Shown: positions 38,366 through 48,405 of the stretch, in pieces | How the letters are laid out: every line of letters begins with the position of its first letter | Numbering within the stretch: the stretch's first letter is position 1 | Source: an uncultured Candidatus Saccharibacteria bacterium | GTDB lineage: Bacteria; Patescibacteriota; Minisyncoccia; Phycocordibacterales; UBA9973 | Length of the DNA: 64,000 nucleotides | Direction: 5' to 3' | Assembly: GCA_964423445.1 (NCBI GenBank) | Contig: CAYREQ010000004.1 | Location: 2,700 to 66,699, forward strand | Notes under the pieces: generated by a model | The model's database searches: none | What the model was told of the DNA's origin: nothing | The model's input: only the letters and a program-made list of their open reading frames with translations | Translations under genes and position numbers: made by a program

Positions 38366-38953
38366 ATGGAAGAATTCAAAAAAATTGAAAACACTGATAC
38401 AAAAAAACCAGAAACAGAGGCTGTTTTACAAAACTTAGAAACAAGAGAAAATCCTGCCGAGGACTCTCAACCTATTAATAAAAACGAGGGTGATATAGAA
38501 AAAACTAATGTTTTAGAAAATTTTAACACTGAAGATTTAATGGTGGCTGGTAGTAGGTTAATCAGTGCGTTGAAAGAAAGAGACGAAGAACGGTTAATCC
38601 CTATAATTGAACCAGAGGAAGTAGGAAAAATGATATCTGGTTTTAGAAACATAGAAGATGGTGTGAAATCTAAAAAAATTGAACAAGTAGAAAGTGGTTT
38701 TGAAAACATAGGCCGAGCACTAGAGACCATAGGCAACGCCGACAGAAGAGGAGCTATGCACGAAGATGAAGAAAGCCTACTCAAGGTTGGCTTTGCGATA
38801 AGAGACTTGCAAGGTATATTTTCATCAAAAATAAATCCTCTGGGAGAAAGTGATTCTCTGGTAATGAAAATACAGAGAATAAATAATGTTATTGATAACA
38901 AAAAATTGTATATATCTAGAAGGATAGAATTGCTTCGAGATTATAATAATTAA
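38366..38953 (+). CDS. Acidic hypothetical protein
   Basis: 195-aa E/D-rich ORF with no TM helix. Confidence 0.4.
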   Translation: MEEFKKIENTDTKKPETEAVLQNLETRENPAEDSQPINKNEGDIEKTNVLENFNTEDLMVAGSRLISALKERDEERLIPIIEPEEVGKMISGFRNIEDGVKSKKIEQVESGFENIGRALETIGNADRRGAMHEDEESLLKVGFAIRDLQGIFSSKINPLGESDSLVMKIQRINNVIDNKKLYISRRIELLRDYNN

Positions 38954-39735
38954 TCTTTAAATTCTATAAAAATAGGGCAGTGGTCTGAACCCATATAATT
39001 ACTGAGCATGTCTGCTTTTTTTATTTTTGGTATAAATTTTTTATCTGCAAAAAAATAATCTATCCGCCAGCCGACATTTCTATCTCTAGATCTAGTCTTT
39101 TGATCCCAGTATGTGTACACATCTTTTTTATTTGGATGCATACTTCTCCATACATCTATAAAGTCATTTTTTATCACTTTAGAAATCCACGCTCGCTCTA
39201 TCGGCAAGAAGCCAGTGTTCTCTTCGTTTGCTTTTGGTCGAGCCAAATCTATGGCTTCGTGGGCAGTATTTACATCGCCACAAAAAATTACATGCTCACC
39301 ATTTTTGCGAAGCTTGTTTATAAATTTTAAAAACTCTTCATAAAATTCTAGTTTGTATTCTAGGCGATGTGGACCTTGGCCACCGTTTGGAAAATAGCCA
39401 TTGATGATAGTAAAATTTTTAAACTTCGCACCTATCAATCTACCTTCTTCATCCAATCTTTTTTTGTCACCTTTCAACCCCATGCCATAAAAAACTTCTT
39501 TTGGTTTTTCTTTTGTATAAATTGCGACTCCACTATAACCCTTCTTTTCTTTCGGGTGAGAAAAATAAGAAAAGTATCCAGGTATATTTTTTACTTCATC
39601 GGGAAGCTGACTCGGCTCTACTTTTGTCTCCTGTAGACACAAGACGTCTGGTTTTTCTTTTTTAAAAATTGGTGATAAAAAACCCTGTTTAGCTGTAGCA
39701 CGTAATCCATTTGTATTCCAAGAAATTATTTTCAT
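38950..39735 (-). CDS. xth: Exodeoxyribonuclease III (AP endonuclease)
   Basis: MKIISWNTNGLRA, LCLQETKV and a C-terminal SDHCPI motif. Confidence 0.85.
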   Translation of the reverse strand: MKIISWNTNGLRATAKQGFLSPIFKKEKPDVLCLQETKVEPSQLPDEVKNIPGYFSYFSHPKEKKGYSGVAIYTKEKPKEVFYGMGLKGDKKRLDEEGRLIGAKFKNFTIINGYFPNGGQGPHRLEYKLEFYEEFLKFINKLRKNGEHVIFCGDVNTAHEAIDLARPKANEENTGFLPIERAWISKVIKNDFIDVWRSMHPNKKDVYTYWDQKTRSRDRNVGWRIDYFFADKKFIPKIKKADMLSNYMGSDHCPIFIEFKD

Positions 39736-39752
39736 TATTTTTATATTACTTT

Positions 39753-40703
39753 TTAATTTGTTTTATTATGAAATTTTTCATGTATGTCTCGCAAGTGTTT
39801 GTCTGTGACGTGTGTGTATATTTGTGTCGTACCTATATTTGCATGTCCGAGTATCGCTTGGACCGAGCGCAAGTCTGCACCATTGCCAAGTAAGTCAGTA
39901 GCAAACATATGACGCATGACGTGTGGAGTAACTTTTTTTGAAATACCAGCTTTGATAGCATGCATCTTTACGATGCGTTCTATAGACCTCTGAGTGAGAG
40001 CACCATTGGTTTTATTTTTTTTAATTTTATTTTCTACTTGCACAAAAAGTGCATCACTCATATCCTTGCGAGCGTTTAAATAATTTTTTACATATTTTTT
40101 TGCATCAGCTGACATGAAAACTACGCGCACCTTTCCTCCTTTTCCACGGATTGAAAGCTCTGAAGATGATAAGTCTATATCCGAAGTTAGTGAGCACAAT
40201 TCTGATACACGAAGACCTGTAGAAAATAAAAGTTCTAGTATCGCTTTATCACGTAAATCTTTTATATCTCCACCTTTTGGAGAGTTTAATAATCTATTTA
40301 ATTCTACGGGGGTGATGAGATCAAGTGAGCGCTCACTCACTTTTGCTAATTCTATACGTTCAGCAGGCAAGGTCTTTATTTCTTGTCTGGCTAAGTATTT
40401 CAAAAAAGCGCGAAGAGCTATCAAATAATAATTTTGAGTCTTTTTGGTGAGAGTTTCACCTTTTGCTTTAGCATTACCGGCACTTTGCCTGTTTAGCCAC
40501 ATACGAAATTCACGAATAGAGGCATCAGTGATGTCTTCTGGGTTGTCATTTTTTGAAAATTCTAAAAAACGAGTTAGATAATGGTCATAATTTCGTACAG
40601 TATGTAGAGAACGGCCCTTTTCTATCTCTACGTACTCCAAAAATTGAGTTTTTAGCTGTTTTAGCGATGCCATATATATAGTATAGCAAATATTTTGCGA
40701 CAT
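39753..40703 (-). CDS. xerC: Tyrosine recombinase, XerC/XerD-like
   Basis: N-terminal SAM-like core-binding domain and a catalytic domain with R, HxxR (HVMRHMFAT) and a tyrosine (GHANIGTTQIYTHV). Confidence 0.8.
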   Translation of the reverse strand: MSQNICYTIYMASLKQLKTQFLEYVEIEKGRSLHTVRNYDHYLTRFLEFSKNDNPEDITDASIREFRMWLNRQSAGNAKAKGETLTKKTQNYYLIALRAFLKYLARQEIKTLPAERIELAKVSERSLDLITPVELNRLLNSPKGGDIKDLRDKAILELLFSTGLRVSELCSLTSDIDLSSSELSIRGKGGKVRVVFMSADAKKYVKNYLNARKDMSDALFVQVENKIKKNKTNGALTQRSIERIVKMHAIKAGISKKVTPHVMRHMFATDLLGNGADLRSVQAILGHANIGTTQIYTHVTDKHLRDIHEKFHNKTN

Positions 40704-40760
40704 TATGGGCCTAATTAGCTATATATTGCAATTTTTTAGGTTTTGTGCTACTATAGGGAA

Positions 40761-41024
40761 ATGTTAGCAACAAAGAAAAAACAGACAATTATAAAGAAAC
40801 ATCAGGTACACGACAAAGATACTGGCTCTCCAGAGGTCCAAGTAGCTGTAATTTCTGCTGCAATCGACGAATTGGCAAAACACCTAAAGAAACACAAGAA
40901 AGATAATCACTCACGAAGAGGACTTATCAAGATGGTTGCCGACAGACGAACTCATTTAAAATACTTAGAACGAACAAATAAGACTCGCTATAACGCTTTA
41001 ATGAAGAAAATGGATCTAGCATAG
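40761..41024 (+). CDS. rpsO: 30S ribosomal protein S15
   Basis: GSPEVQVAVISAAIDELAKHLKKHKKDNHSRRGL matches the S15 signature. The start is moved to the internal Met (MLATKKK). Confidence 0.85.
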   Translation: MLATKKKQTIIKKHQVHDKDTGSPEVQVAVISAAIDELAKHLKKHKKDNHSRRGLIKMVADRRTHLKYLERTNKTRYNALMKKMDLA

Positions 41025-41034
41025 ATCCATTTCT

Positions 41035-41580
41035 TTGTTTTTACGAGCGTGTTACAATTTAAATATGACAGTAATAAAACATAAAGAACAAAGAGTCGGA
41101 GTTTTTATTGATACTCAAAATCTCTACCACTGTGCTCGAAACCTATACAAGGCTCGAGTAAATTTTGGTGCAGTATTAAAAGACGCAGTCGCAGGGCGAA
41201 AGCTGGTGCGCGCGGTAGCTTATGTGATCACTACTGAAGCAGGGGATGAAAAAAATTTCTTTGAAGCATTGGGTAAGCTCGGTATTGAAACTAAAACAAA
41301 AGATTTACAAATATTTGCAGGTGGTAGTAAAAAAGCTGATTGGGATGTGGGGCTCGCAGTGGACGCTATCAAAATGTCTCCAAGACTAGACTCAGTGGTA
41401 ATAGTATCTGGAGACGGAGACTTTGTGCCACTAGTAGAATACTTACAAACCATAGGTGTACAAGTAGAAGTGGTGTCTTTTGGAAAATCAACATCTGGCA
41501 AACTTCGTGAAGTGGTGGACGACTTTGTGGATCTTTCTGATAATCCTAAAAAATATTTAATCGGTGCTACAACTAGATAA
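41035..41580 (+). CDS. NYN/LabA-like (PIN-related) domain protein
   Basis: VGVFIDTQNLY, ADWDVGLAVDAI and VVIVSGDGDFVPLVEY (acidic catalytic cluster). The start may instead be the Met at 41065. Confidence 0.65.
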   Translation: MFLRACYNLNMTVIKHKEQRVGVFIDTQNLYHCARNLYKARVNFGAVLKDAVAGRKLVRAVAYVITTEAGDEKNFFEALGKLGIETKTKDLQIFAGGSKKADWDVGLAVDAIKMSPRLDSVVIVSGDGDFVPLVEYLQTIGVQVEVVSFGKSTSGKLREVVDDFVDLSDNPKKYLIGATTR

Positions 41581-41624
41581 ATCTAGTTAATACATAATTT
41601 TTTATAAGTTTAATTCTCATAAAA

Positions 41625-44600
41625 ATGCCAAAAGAAAAATTTATAATTTTAAAACCAATACAAGATAAACCCAAAGTTTCTAAAAAAAAGGAAGGTGGGA
41701 TAAATGATTATAAGGAAAAAGTACCTACATATAAAGAAAGAGTCATAGTAACTCGCTCAAATGGAGAAATAGAAGATGATTGGGAGCTTATGAGTGTAGG
41801 AGATGGTAAGGCTGTCGTAGAAAAAGAGGATATAAGCTCTGGAGAAAGGATACGAAAAGTTATACCAGAAAATGAACTTCGTTTTGTTAAAGATAAAAAT
41901 AAAAACCCAGAAGTATTGAAATATATAGAAGACGCAAAAAATACTGTAGCTTGCTCAAGTTGCGGAAGAATACAAGAAGCTACTGCTGTATTTTGTGGCT
42001 CTTGTGGAAAGCCTATGAATAAAACAGAAGAACCTGTAAAAAAAGAAACGGTATCTGTTTTTTGTCCTTTTTGTGGCAAAGAGCAAAATAATGAAGCTGT
42101 TTTTTGTGGTTTTTGTGGTGAAAAAATACCTGGTTTAGAAAATACAAATGAAGAAGTAGACTCACCAGACGCAGGAGAATTGATGGATAAAGCTTTAAAA
42201 AATATAAATAGAGTAACTTCTAAAGAAAAAGAGGTAAAGCTGACAGACGTGGAATTTAATCAAATGCTCGAAGAAGATGCAGAAAAATGGAGAGACGATA
42301 TAAAAACATTTAAATTAGATTTAGAAAAATTGCTTCCACCAGAATTTAACAACTTAACCCCTATACAAAAACAAAAAGTTTTACAAGATTCAAAAAAGAG
42401 AATCGTGGACATCGTAAAGGCTGATGCTCAAACTCAATACTCTGAAGAATTGAAGAAGCGAATGCAAGAAAACATAGGTGCAAAGTGGAAATATCAGGGC
42501 AAAATAATGACTGGTATAAGAAATATAAAAACTTCTATAAAATCTTCTTTCACAAAAGAGCGCGACATAAAAAATACAGAAAATGAAACTTACTTAAAAA
42601 TCATAAATAGCGAGGAAGGCAAAAAACTAATCACTGAAGACTTACAAAGATTGGTTGAAATAGTGGGTAAACAAAAAGTACATTTAAACTATAAGGGAGA
42701 AATGTATGTAAATTATTTAAATGTATATAGTGAAATACCAGACAATGAACGTACAGAGGAGCAAGAAAAAATTTATAGTGATTTTAATATCAGAGCTGGA
42801 AAATTTTCAAATATGCCTTATGAGTGGGGGCAGGAAAAAGAAAAAAAATATTGGGGAAACAGGAAAAAATATGAGGAAGCAAAAGCCGAATACGAACATG
42901 CGAGAAATGAAGTTCTAAAAATAAAATCTGAATTAAAAGGCAACGAAATTGCATTGATTGAAATGCTAAAAGCAGACAACTCTATAAAACTAGAGCAACT
43001 TTTAAATACACACCCAGAATTTGAAAAAGCTCTAGATGATTTTACAAAAACTGCTGGATGGAGAGAAAAACTTAAATCTATTGGTAGTGCCGCAAACACA
43101 TTGTCTGGAAAAAATATGATAAATAGGGGATTAGTATTAGGTGGTGCGGGAATAAGAGCGGGAGCAAAAATTTTGCCGTGGATTGCTGGTGCTAGTGCAG
43201 GCGTGGCTACTTTGAGTACAGCCATAGCCACACCTATAGCTGGAGGAGTAATCGGTTTTTATAGAGGTAAATTTAAAGCAAAAGAAACACTACAAGAAAG
43301 ACAAAAAGGAGCGAGATATGGACAAAAAGATGAGAGTGCTGAAAAAGTAGCCACAGCCGACGCTACTAGACTAGCGGCTCGTTTACAAGATTTAGTAAAT
43401 GAAATAGCTTTATTAGACGGAGAACAAAAAGCAAAAAAACTAGCAAACCTAGCTGTGAGAATAGAACACTCTATTGGTAAAATAGAGAAGGGGCAAGTAA
43501 ATTTTGGAAACGCAAAATCATCTTTGGTAAATCAATTTAATTTAGTAAATGCTTTAAACCAAGCTGTGGCTTTAAAAGAATTGAATTCTAGTGATACACA
43601 TATAGAAGTAAAAAATAGAATTGAAAGTCTGTTAAAAAATGTCGGTGAAAATATAGCAGAAAATACATCAAAAGCACAAAAATCTTTCGTGAGAAAACAA
43701 GCTTGGAAGGGTGCACTTATCGGTGGCGGGCTTGCTGGAGTTGGTTATGGAGTTAGATATCTTACAGAAAATTTAATTTTTTCAACAGAGACACCTTCAG
43801 TAAAAGAGGATGTTCTGTCAAAAAACACAAACACAGGAGTAAAGACTCCAATAAAAACACCTAGTGGTTCACCTACAGAAACACCTGCAGTTAAGTCTTC
43901 ACCTACAAGTACTCCGACCCCAGAAAACACAGAAACTCCTAAACCTTCACCAACAAAAACTCCAGGTGTAGTAGATGATAGTACTGTAAAAGATGCAGAC
44001 AAAGCTCCAGCTAAAGTTGAAAACTTTGTTAATAAAGGAATAACTATAGAGCGAGGTGGTTCAATCAAAGCAATTTCAAACTTACAAAAACAACTAAAGG
44101 CTGAGTACCCAGACATATCAAAAGCTCCAAAAAATATTCAAGATTTCGTAAACGCAGACCCTACAAAAAAAGCTATCGAACTCGGTTTTTATGACCCTAC
44201 AAAGAAAGCAGAGAGCGCTCTCGTTCAAAAAGGTTCTGTCTTAAAATTTGATTCAACTGGAAAACTTTTATTTGGTAAGCCAGATGTTGATGGAAATATA
44301 GCTGAACTCGGTGATAAATACACTGGCAAAATGCTAGATTCTGATAGACCAAAAATAATAGAGGAGCGCCCTAGGGTTAGGAGAATTAGACAAAATGTAA
44401 TACCAAAAAACATAGAAAATGTAAAAATGCCGAAAAGTACAGACACTATAGATCTTCCTCAATCAAAGCCTTCAGATAACATTACCCTTCGACCAGAAAA
44501 TAAAATACCAGAAAAACCAAAAGACATAGATGTAAACACAATAGTAAAGGAACAAGCCCCAGCAGTAGCAGCAGATGCTCCGGTAACAGATGCAAAACCT

Positions 44601-45035
44601 ACACCTGCTCCAAAAATTTCACCTACACCTGAAGAACAAAAGATAAAAATAGAAACACAAATGGATTTAATAGAAGAATATCCAGAACTTAAAGGTAGTC
44701 CCTTTATAAAAAATCCTCCATCTGGTATGTCGGGGGCAAAAATAGTTGAAATTACTAAACTATACAATGAAAATGTTGCAAAACTATCAGGAAATGACCC
44801 TGAAAACTGGTCTTATGTAAAAGATGTCCCGACTAAAAACTTTTTAGGACAAAAAGTTGTTCAAGGAGATAAAATGGTTCCATATCTTAATAAACTCAAA
44901 GAAATAAGTGGTCTAAATCCTGAATATAATGTTATAGATGGCGATGAATCCATAGAAAAATATATGGTAAGAGTGCATGAATGGGCAGTAAAAAATAATA
45001 AATTGGGTGAAGTAAAGAATATAAAGATAGAATAA
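41625..45035 (+). CDS. Large (1136 aa) multi-domain protein with zinc ribbons, a coiled coil, Gly-zipper membrane segments, a Pro/Thr-rich linker and a C-terminal globular domain
   Basis: Three CxxC-x-CxxC ribbons (CSSCGRIQEATAVFCGSCGKPM and FCPFCGKEQNNEAVFCGFCGEKIP), Gly-rich hydrophobic segments (GLVLGGAGIRAGAKILPWIAGASAGVATL) and a TP-rich linker (TPIKTPSGSPTETPAVKSSPTSTPTPENTETPKPSPTKTP). Confidence 0.5.
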   Translation: MPKEKFIILKPIQDKPKVSKKKEGGINDYKEKVPTYKERVIVTRSNGEIEDDWELMSVGDGKAVVEKEDISSGERIRKVIPENELRFVKDKNKNPEVLKYIEDAKNTVACSSCGRIQEATAVFCGSCGKPMNKTEEPVKKETVSVFCPFCGKEQNNEAVFCGFCGEKIPGLENTNEEVDSPDAGELMDKALKNINRVTSKEKEVKLTDVEFNQMLEEDAEKWRDDIKTFKLDLEKLLPPEFNNLTPIQKQKVLQDSKKRIVDIVKADAQTQYSEELKKRMQENIGAKWKYQGKIMTGIRNIKTSIKSSFTKERDIKNTENETYLKIINSEEGKKLITEDLQRLVEIVGKQKVHLNYKGEMYVNYLNVYSEIPDNERTEEQEKIYSDFNIRAGKFSNMPYEWGQEKEKKYWGNRKKYEEAKAEYEHARNEVLKIKSELKGNEIALIEMLKADNSIKLEQLLNTHPEFEKALDDFTKTAGWREKLKSIGSAANTLSGKNMINRGLVLGGAGIRAGAKILPWIAGASAGVATLSTAIATPIAGGVIGFYRGKFKAKETLQERQKGARYGQKDESAEKVATADATRLAARLQDLVNEIALLDGEQKAKKLANLAVRIEHSIGKIEKGQVNFGNAKSSLVNQFNLVNALNQAVALKELNSSDTHIEVKNRIESLLKNVGENIAENTSKAQKSFVRKQAWKGALIGGGLAGVGYGVRYLTENLIFSTETPSVKEDVLSKNTNTGVKTPIKTPSGSPTETPAVKSSPTSTPTPENTETPKPSPTKTPGVVDDSTVKDADKAPAKVENFVNKGITIERGGSIKAISNLQKQLKAEYPDISKAPKNIQDFVNADPTKKAIELGFYDPTKKAESALVQKGSVLKFDSTGKLLFGKPDVDGNIAELGDKYTGKMLDSDRPKIIEERPRVRRIRQNVIPKNIENVKMPKSTDTIDLPQSKPSDNITLRPENKIPEKPKDIDVNTIVKEQAPAVAADAPVTDAKPTPAPKISPTPEEQKIKIETQMDLIEEYPELKGSPFIKNPPSGMSGAKIVEITKLYNENVAKLSGNDPENWSYVKDVPTKNFLGQKVVQGDKMVPYLNKLKEISGLNPEYNVIDGDESIEKYMVRVHEWAVKNNKLGEVKNIKIE

Positions 45036-45071
45036 TAAAACTAACATCACTCTATGCTATAATGCTACGAC

Positions 45072-47117
45072 ATGAAGCATTTGGAAGGTTTAAATGACAA
45101 GCAGAGAGAAGCGGCCATTCATATGGATGGTCCGCTTTTGATTGTGGCTGGAGCAGGAGCCGGTAAGACAAAGACTATTACTCATAGAATAGTGAATCTA
45201 ATAAAAGAAGGCATATATCCAAATAAAATATTAGCAGTTACTTTTACCAATAAAGCTGCAAAAGAAATGCGGGAAAGGGTTATAGCTGAAATAAATAAAA
45301 ATTCCAATGGTGTAGAAGAGCAGAATAGTCTACCTTTTGTCAGCACCTTTCACTCACTCGGAGTATATATCATAAAAGAAAATGCTAGAATCCTTGGGCT
45401 CACAAAATACTTCACAATCCTAGATGATGGAGATACAAATAGCATGATAAAAGATATCCTAAAAGAACTAGGGATAGATCCAAAACAATACGAACCGAGG
45501 AAAATAAAGAATATAATCTCTCGAGAGAAGGGAAAATTTGTGCACTTAGAGGATTATGCTGAATCTTCAGCAAATACTTTATCAAAAATAGTAGCTCAAG
45601 TCTGGAATTTATATGAAAAGAGAAAAATGAAAGAAAATGCCTTAGATTTTGATGATTTATTACTAAAAGCCACAAATTTATTGAAACAAAACAAAGAAAT
45701 TAGAGAATACTATCAAGATAAATGGGAGTATATACACATAGATGAGTATCAAGACACAAATGAAGTGCAATATCTTATGTCTAAATTATTGTCAGAAAAA
45801 AGTAAAAATATCGTAGTGGTGGGGGATGCAGATCAAAATATATATTCTTGGCGTGGAGCAAATTTAAAAAATATTTTGAATTTTGAGAAAGACTATCCTA
45901 ATGCAAAAATAATAATGCTTGAGCAAAATTATAGATCTACTCAAAATATTCTAGAAGCTGCCAATGAGATAATTAAAAAAAATAAATACAGACCTGATAA
46001 AAATTTATTTACAAAAAATGAAACAGGGGAGAAGATAGGTCTATACGAAGCACTCGATGAGACAGACGAAGCAGATTTTGTGACGACAAAAATTCTAGAA
46101 ATCCTAGATAGTGGAGAAAATGTTTTTGAACAGGGTCTCTCGCAGGGCGACGGCCCGAGAGGGAGCGCTGTGCGAACACGCACAGACAGCGACCCTGAGC
46201 AAAAAGCATTTTCTCCACTATCTAAAGTCGCAATACTATATAGAGCAAATTTTCAATCACGAGCATTAGAAGAAGCCATGCTTCGCTACAATATTCCATA
46301 CCAAGTACTCGGTGTAAAATTTTTTGAAAGACGAGAAATAAAAGATACGCTAGCTTATCTCCGAGCCGCATTAAATCCGCAAAGCCTATCTGATGTAAAA
46401 AGAATAATAAATTTTCCTACTCGTGGAATAGGAAAGGTGACTTTGTTAAAAATTTTTTCTGGAGAAACAGAAAACTTACCAATAAAAATGAGAGTGAAAA
46501 TAAATAATTTTTATCAAACACTGGAAGAGATAAAAGAAAAAATTCAAAGTGATAAAGCAAGCCAGGTAATAAAATTTGTAGTAACAAAATCAGGCATAGA
46601 ACATGAATTGCAAAATGGCACAGAAGAAGATGTGGAGAGATTAGAAAACATAAAAGAATTGGCTACTCTCGCATTAAAATATGATAATTTGACTGAAGGT
46701 AAAGGCATAGAAAAACTTTTGGAGGATGCGTCTTTGGCGTCAGACCAAGACAGCATAATGCTAAATCAGGAAAAGAGTGAAAAGAAAAAAGAAATAAATG
46801 CTGTAAAATTGATGACAGTGCATGCGGCAAAAGGGCTCGAATTCAACCAAGTTTTTATCACCGGATTAGAAGATGGTCTCTTCCCACACCAAAGAAATGG
46901 TGACGGAGACGACAGCAGTGACCACGAAGAAGAGCGTAGACTTTTTTATGTAGCACTCACCAGAGCTCGTAATAAATTATTTTTATCTTTCGCAAATTTT
47001 CGTACTATATTTGGATCAAGACAAATAAATTCTCCATCAGAATTTATTTCTGACATACCACCAGATATTTTAGAAAAAGAAGGAGAAAATGATAGAATTA
47101 AAACAATTTATATATAA
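45072..47117 (+). CDS. pcrA: ATP-dependent DNA helicase, UvrD/PcrA/Rep family
   Basis: Helicase motifs I (AGAGAGKTKTITHR), II (IHIDEYQDTN), III (VGDADQNIYSWRGA) and the later SF1 motifs. Confidence 0.85.
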   Translation: MKHLEGLNDKQREAAIHMDGPLLIVAGAGAGKTKTITHRIVNLIKEGIYPNKILAVTFTNKAAKEMRERVIAEINKNSNGVEEQNSLPFVSTFHSLGVYIIKENARILGLTKYFTILDDGDTNSMIKDILKELGIDPKQYEPRKIKNIISREKGKFVHLEDYAESSANTLSKIVAQVWNLYEKRKMKENALDFDDLLLKATNLLKQNKEIREYYQDKWEYIHIDEYQDTNEVQYLMSKLLSEKSKNIVVVGDADQNIYSWRGANLKNILNFEKDYPNAKIIMLEQNYRSTQNILEAANEIIKKNKYRPDKNLFTKNETGEKIGLYEALDETDEADFVTTKILEILDSGENVFEQGLSQGDGPRGSAVRTRTDSDPEQKAFSPLSKVAILYRANFQSRALEEAMLRYNIPYQVLGVKFFERREIKDTLAYLRAALNPQSLSDVKRIINFPTRGIGKVTLLKIFSGETENLPIKMRVKINNFYQTLEEIKEKIQSDKASQVIKFVVTKSGIEHELQNGTEEDVERLENIKELATLALKYDNLTEGKGIEKLLEDASLASDQDSIMLNQEKSEKKKEINAVKLMTVHAAKGLEFNQVFITGLEDGLFPHQRNGDGDDSSDHEEERRLFYVALTRARNKLFLSFANFRTIFGSRQINSPSEFISDIPPDILEKEGENDRIKTIYI

Positions 47118-47167
47118 ACAATATCTACGCCATGACGTAGATATTGTAATTAGAAAAATATAAAATT

Positions 47168-47923
47168 ATGAAAGCAAAAAAATCACTAGGTCAAAACTTT
47201 TTAAAATCAAACTTGGCACTCAAAAAAATAATTGAGGTAGGAGATATAATACCTACTGATATAATTTTAGAAATAGGACCAGGAAAGGGGGCACTCACAG
47301 AGAAGCTCTTGGAAAAAGCAAAGACTGTAATTGCGGTGGAAAAAGACAATAAACTTTTTACTTTTTTAAAAAATAAATTTGAAAAAGAAATTAAAGAAAA
47401 AAAATTAATTTTATTAAACGAAGATATTTTAGAATATAAAATTAAAAATAATGAATACAAGATAATTGCAAACATCCCTTACAATATCACTGGTGCAATT
47501 CTAAAAAAATTTCTGACAGAAAAAAATCAGCCAGATATGATGATACTCATGGTCCAACACGAGGTAGCTAAAAGAATCGTAGCAAATGACAAGAAGGAGA
47601 GTCTACTCTCTATCTCAGTAAAAGCATACGGTGAGCCAAAAATGGTGATGAAGGTTCCTGCCAGATATTTCTCTCCAGCACCAAAAGTAGACTCCGCGGT
47701 GATAGCTATAAAAAATATTTCTCGCAAAATATTCAAGGAAAACAAGATTTCTGAAGAAAAATTTTGGGAAATCGTAAAATTAGGCTTTGCTCATAAAAGA
47801 AAAAAGCTCTCTGGGAACCTAAAAAGTGTTAATTTTAATAGAAAAGAAGATTTTGCAATCTTAAAAGACAAAAGACCTGAAAATCTTTCTATTTTAGACT
47901 GGATTTCTATAACAAAATACTAG
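47168..47923 (+). CDS. rsmA: 16S rRNA (adenine1518/1519-N6)-dimethyltransferase
   Basis: LGQNFL start, the SAM motif ILEIGPGKGALT and the NIPYNIT catalytic motif. Confidence 0.85.
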   Translation: MKAKKSLGQNFLKSNLALKKIIEVGDIIPTDIILEIGPGKGALTEKLLEKAKTVIAVEKDNKLFTFLKNKFEKEIKEKKLILLNEDILEYKIKNNEYKIIANIPYNITGAILKKFLTEKNQPDMMILMVQHEVAKRIVANDKKESLLSISVKAYGEPKMVMKVPARYFSPAPKVDSAVIAIKNISRKIFKENKISEEKFWEIVKLGFAHKRKKLSGNLKSVNFNRKEDFAILKDKRPENLSILDWISITKY

Positions 47924-48261
47924 AGAGAAGTACCTATTGTATTTATAACACCTGTAACAGGAATAGAAACTGGGCCTAAATTACACACTCCTCCTGGAGT
48001 ATACGAGCCTAAAACCCAAGATCCTTGTTTTATACTGTAATATGAATATATCATAGAAGGAGGTGTTAGACTCAGTAAGTAGGTGCCAGGCCTAGGCAGT
48101 GGACCCACGGTTAACATGAGACCATTGGTACAAGGTGTGATTAACAAAATAGGCGCACCAAACCCTACTAGTGCGTAACTTTTTTGATAAAAAAGCAAGT
48201 TTGCATACACAACTAAAATCAAAATAATTAGTATGTAAAAGATGTGGTTAATCGTTTTCAT
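47920..48261 (-). CDS. Small membrane-anchored Gly/Pro-rich protein
   Basis: N-terminal TM helix (IFYILIILILVVYANLLF) and a second hydrophobic stretch. Divergent from the T4SS-like cluster. Confidence 0.35.
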   Translation of the reverse strand: MKTINHIFYILIILILVVYANLLFYQKSYALVGFGAPILLITPCTNGLMLTVGPLPRPGTYLLSLTPPSMIYSYYSIKQGSWVLGSYTPGGVCNLGPVSIPVTGVINTIGTSL

Positions 48262-48405
48262 AGACTAATTCTACATTAAAAAAATTCTTATGCTAATACA
48301 CTTATCAACAGGTGTATTTTTATAGTTTGCTTTTTAAAAAAGTGTTACAATATAAGCATAATTAAATTAAATTGGTTAAAACAAAAAAAGGTAATTTTTA
48401 TAGCC

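Noticed and set aside
30849-40703. Genomic island bounded by the tRNA-Pro fragment and the XerC-like recombinase
   Set aside because: The duplicated tRNA segment copies are only 63 bp apart, with no third copy near the recombinase. The intervening genes are housekeeping (cca, murI, xth) and the recombinase looks like a chromosomal Xer protein.
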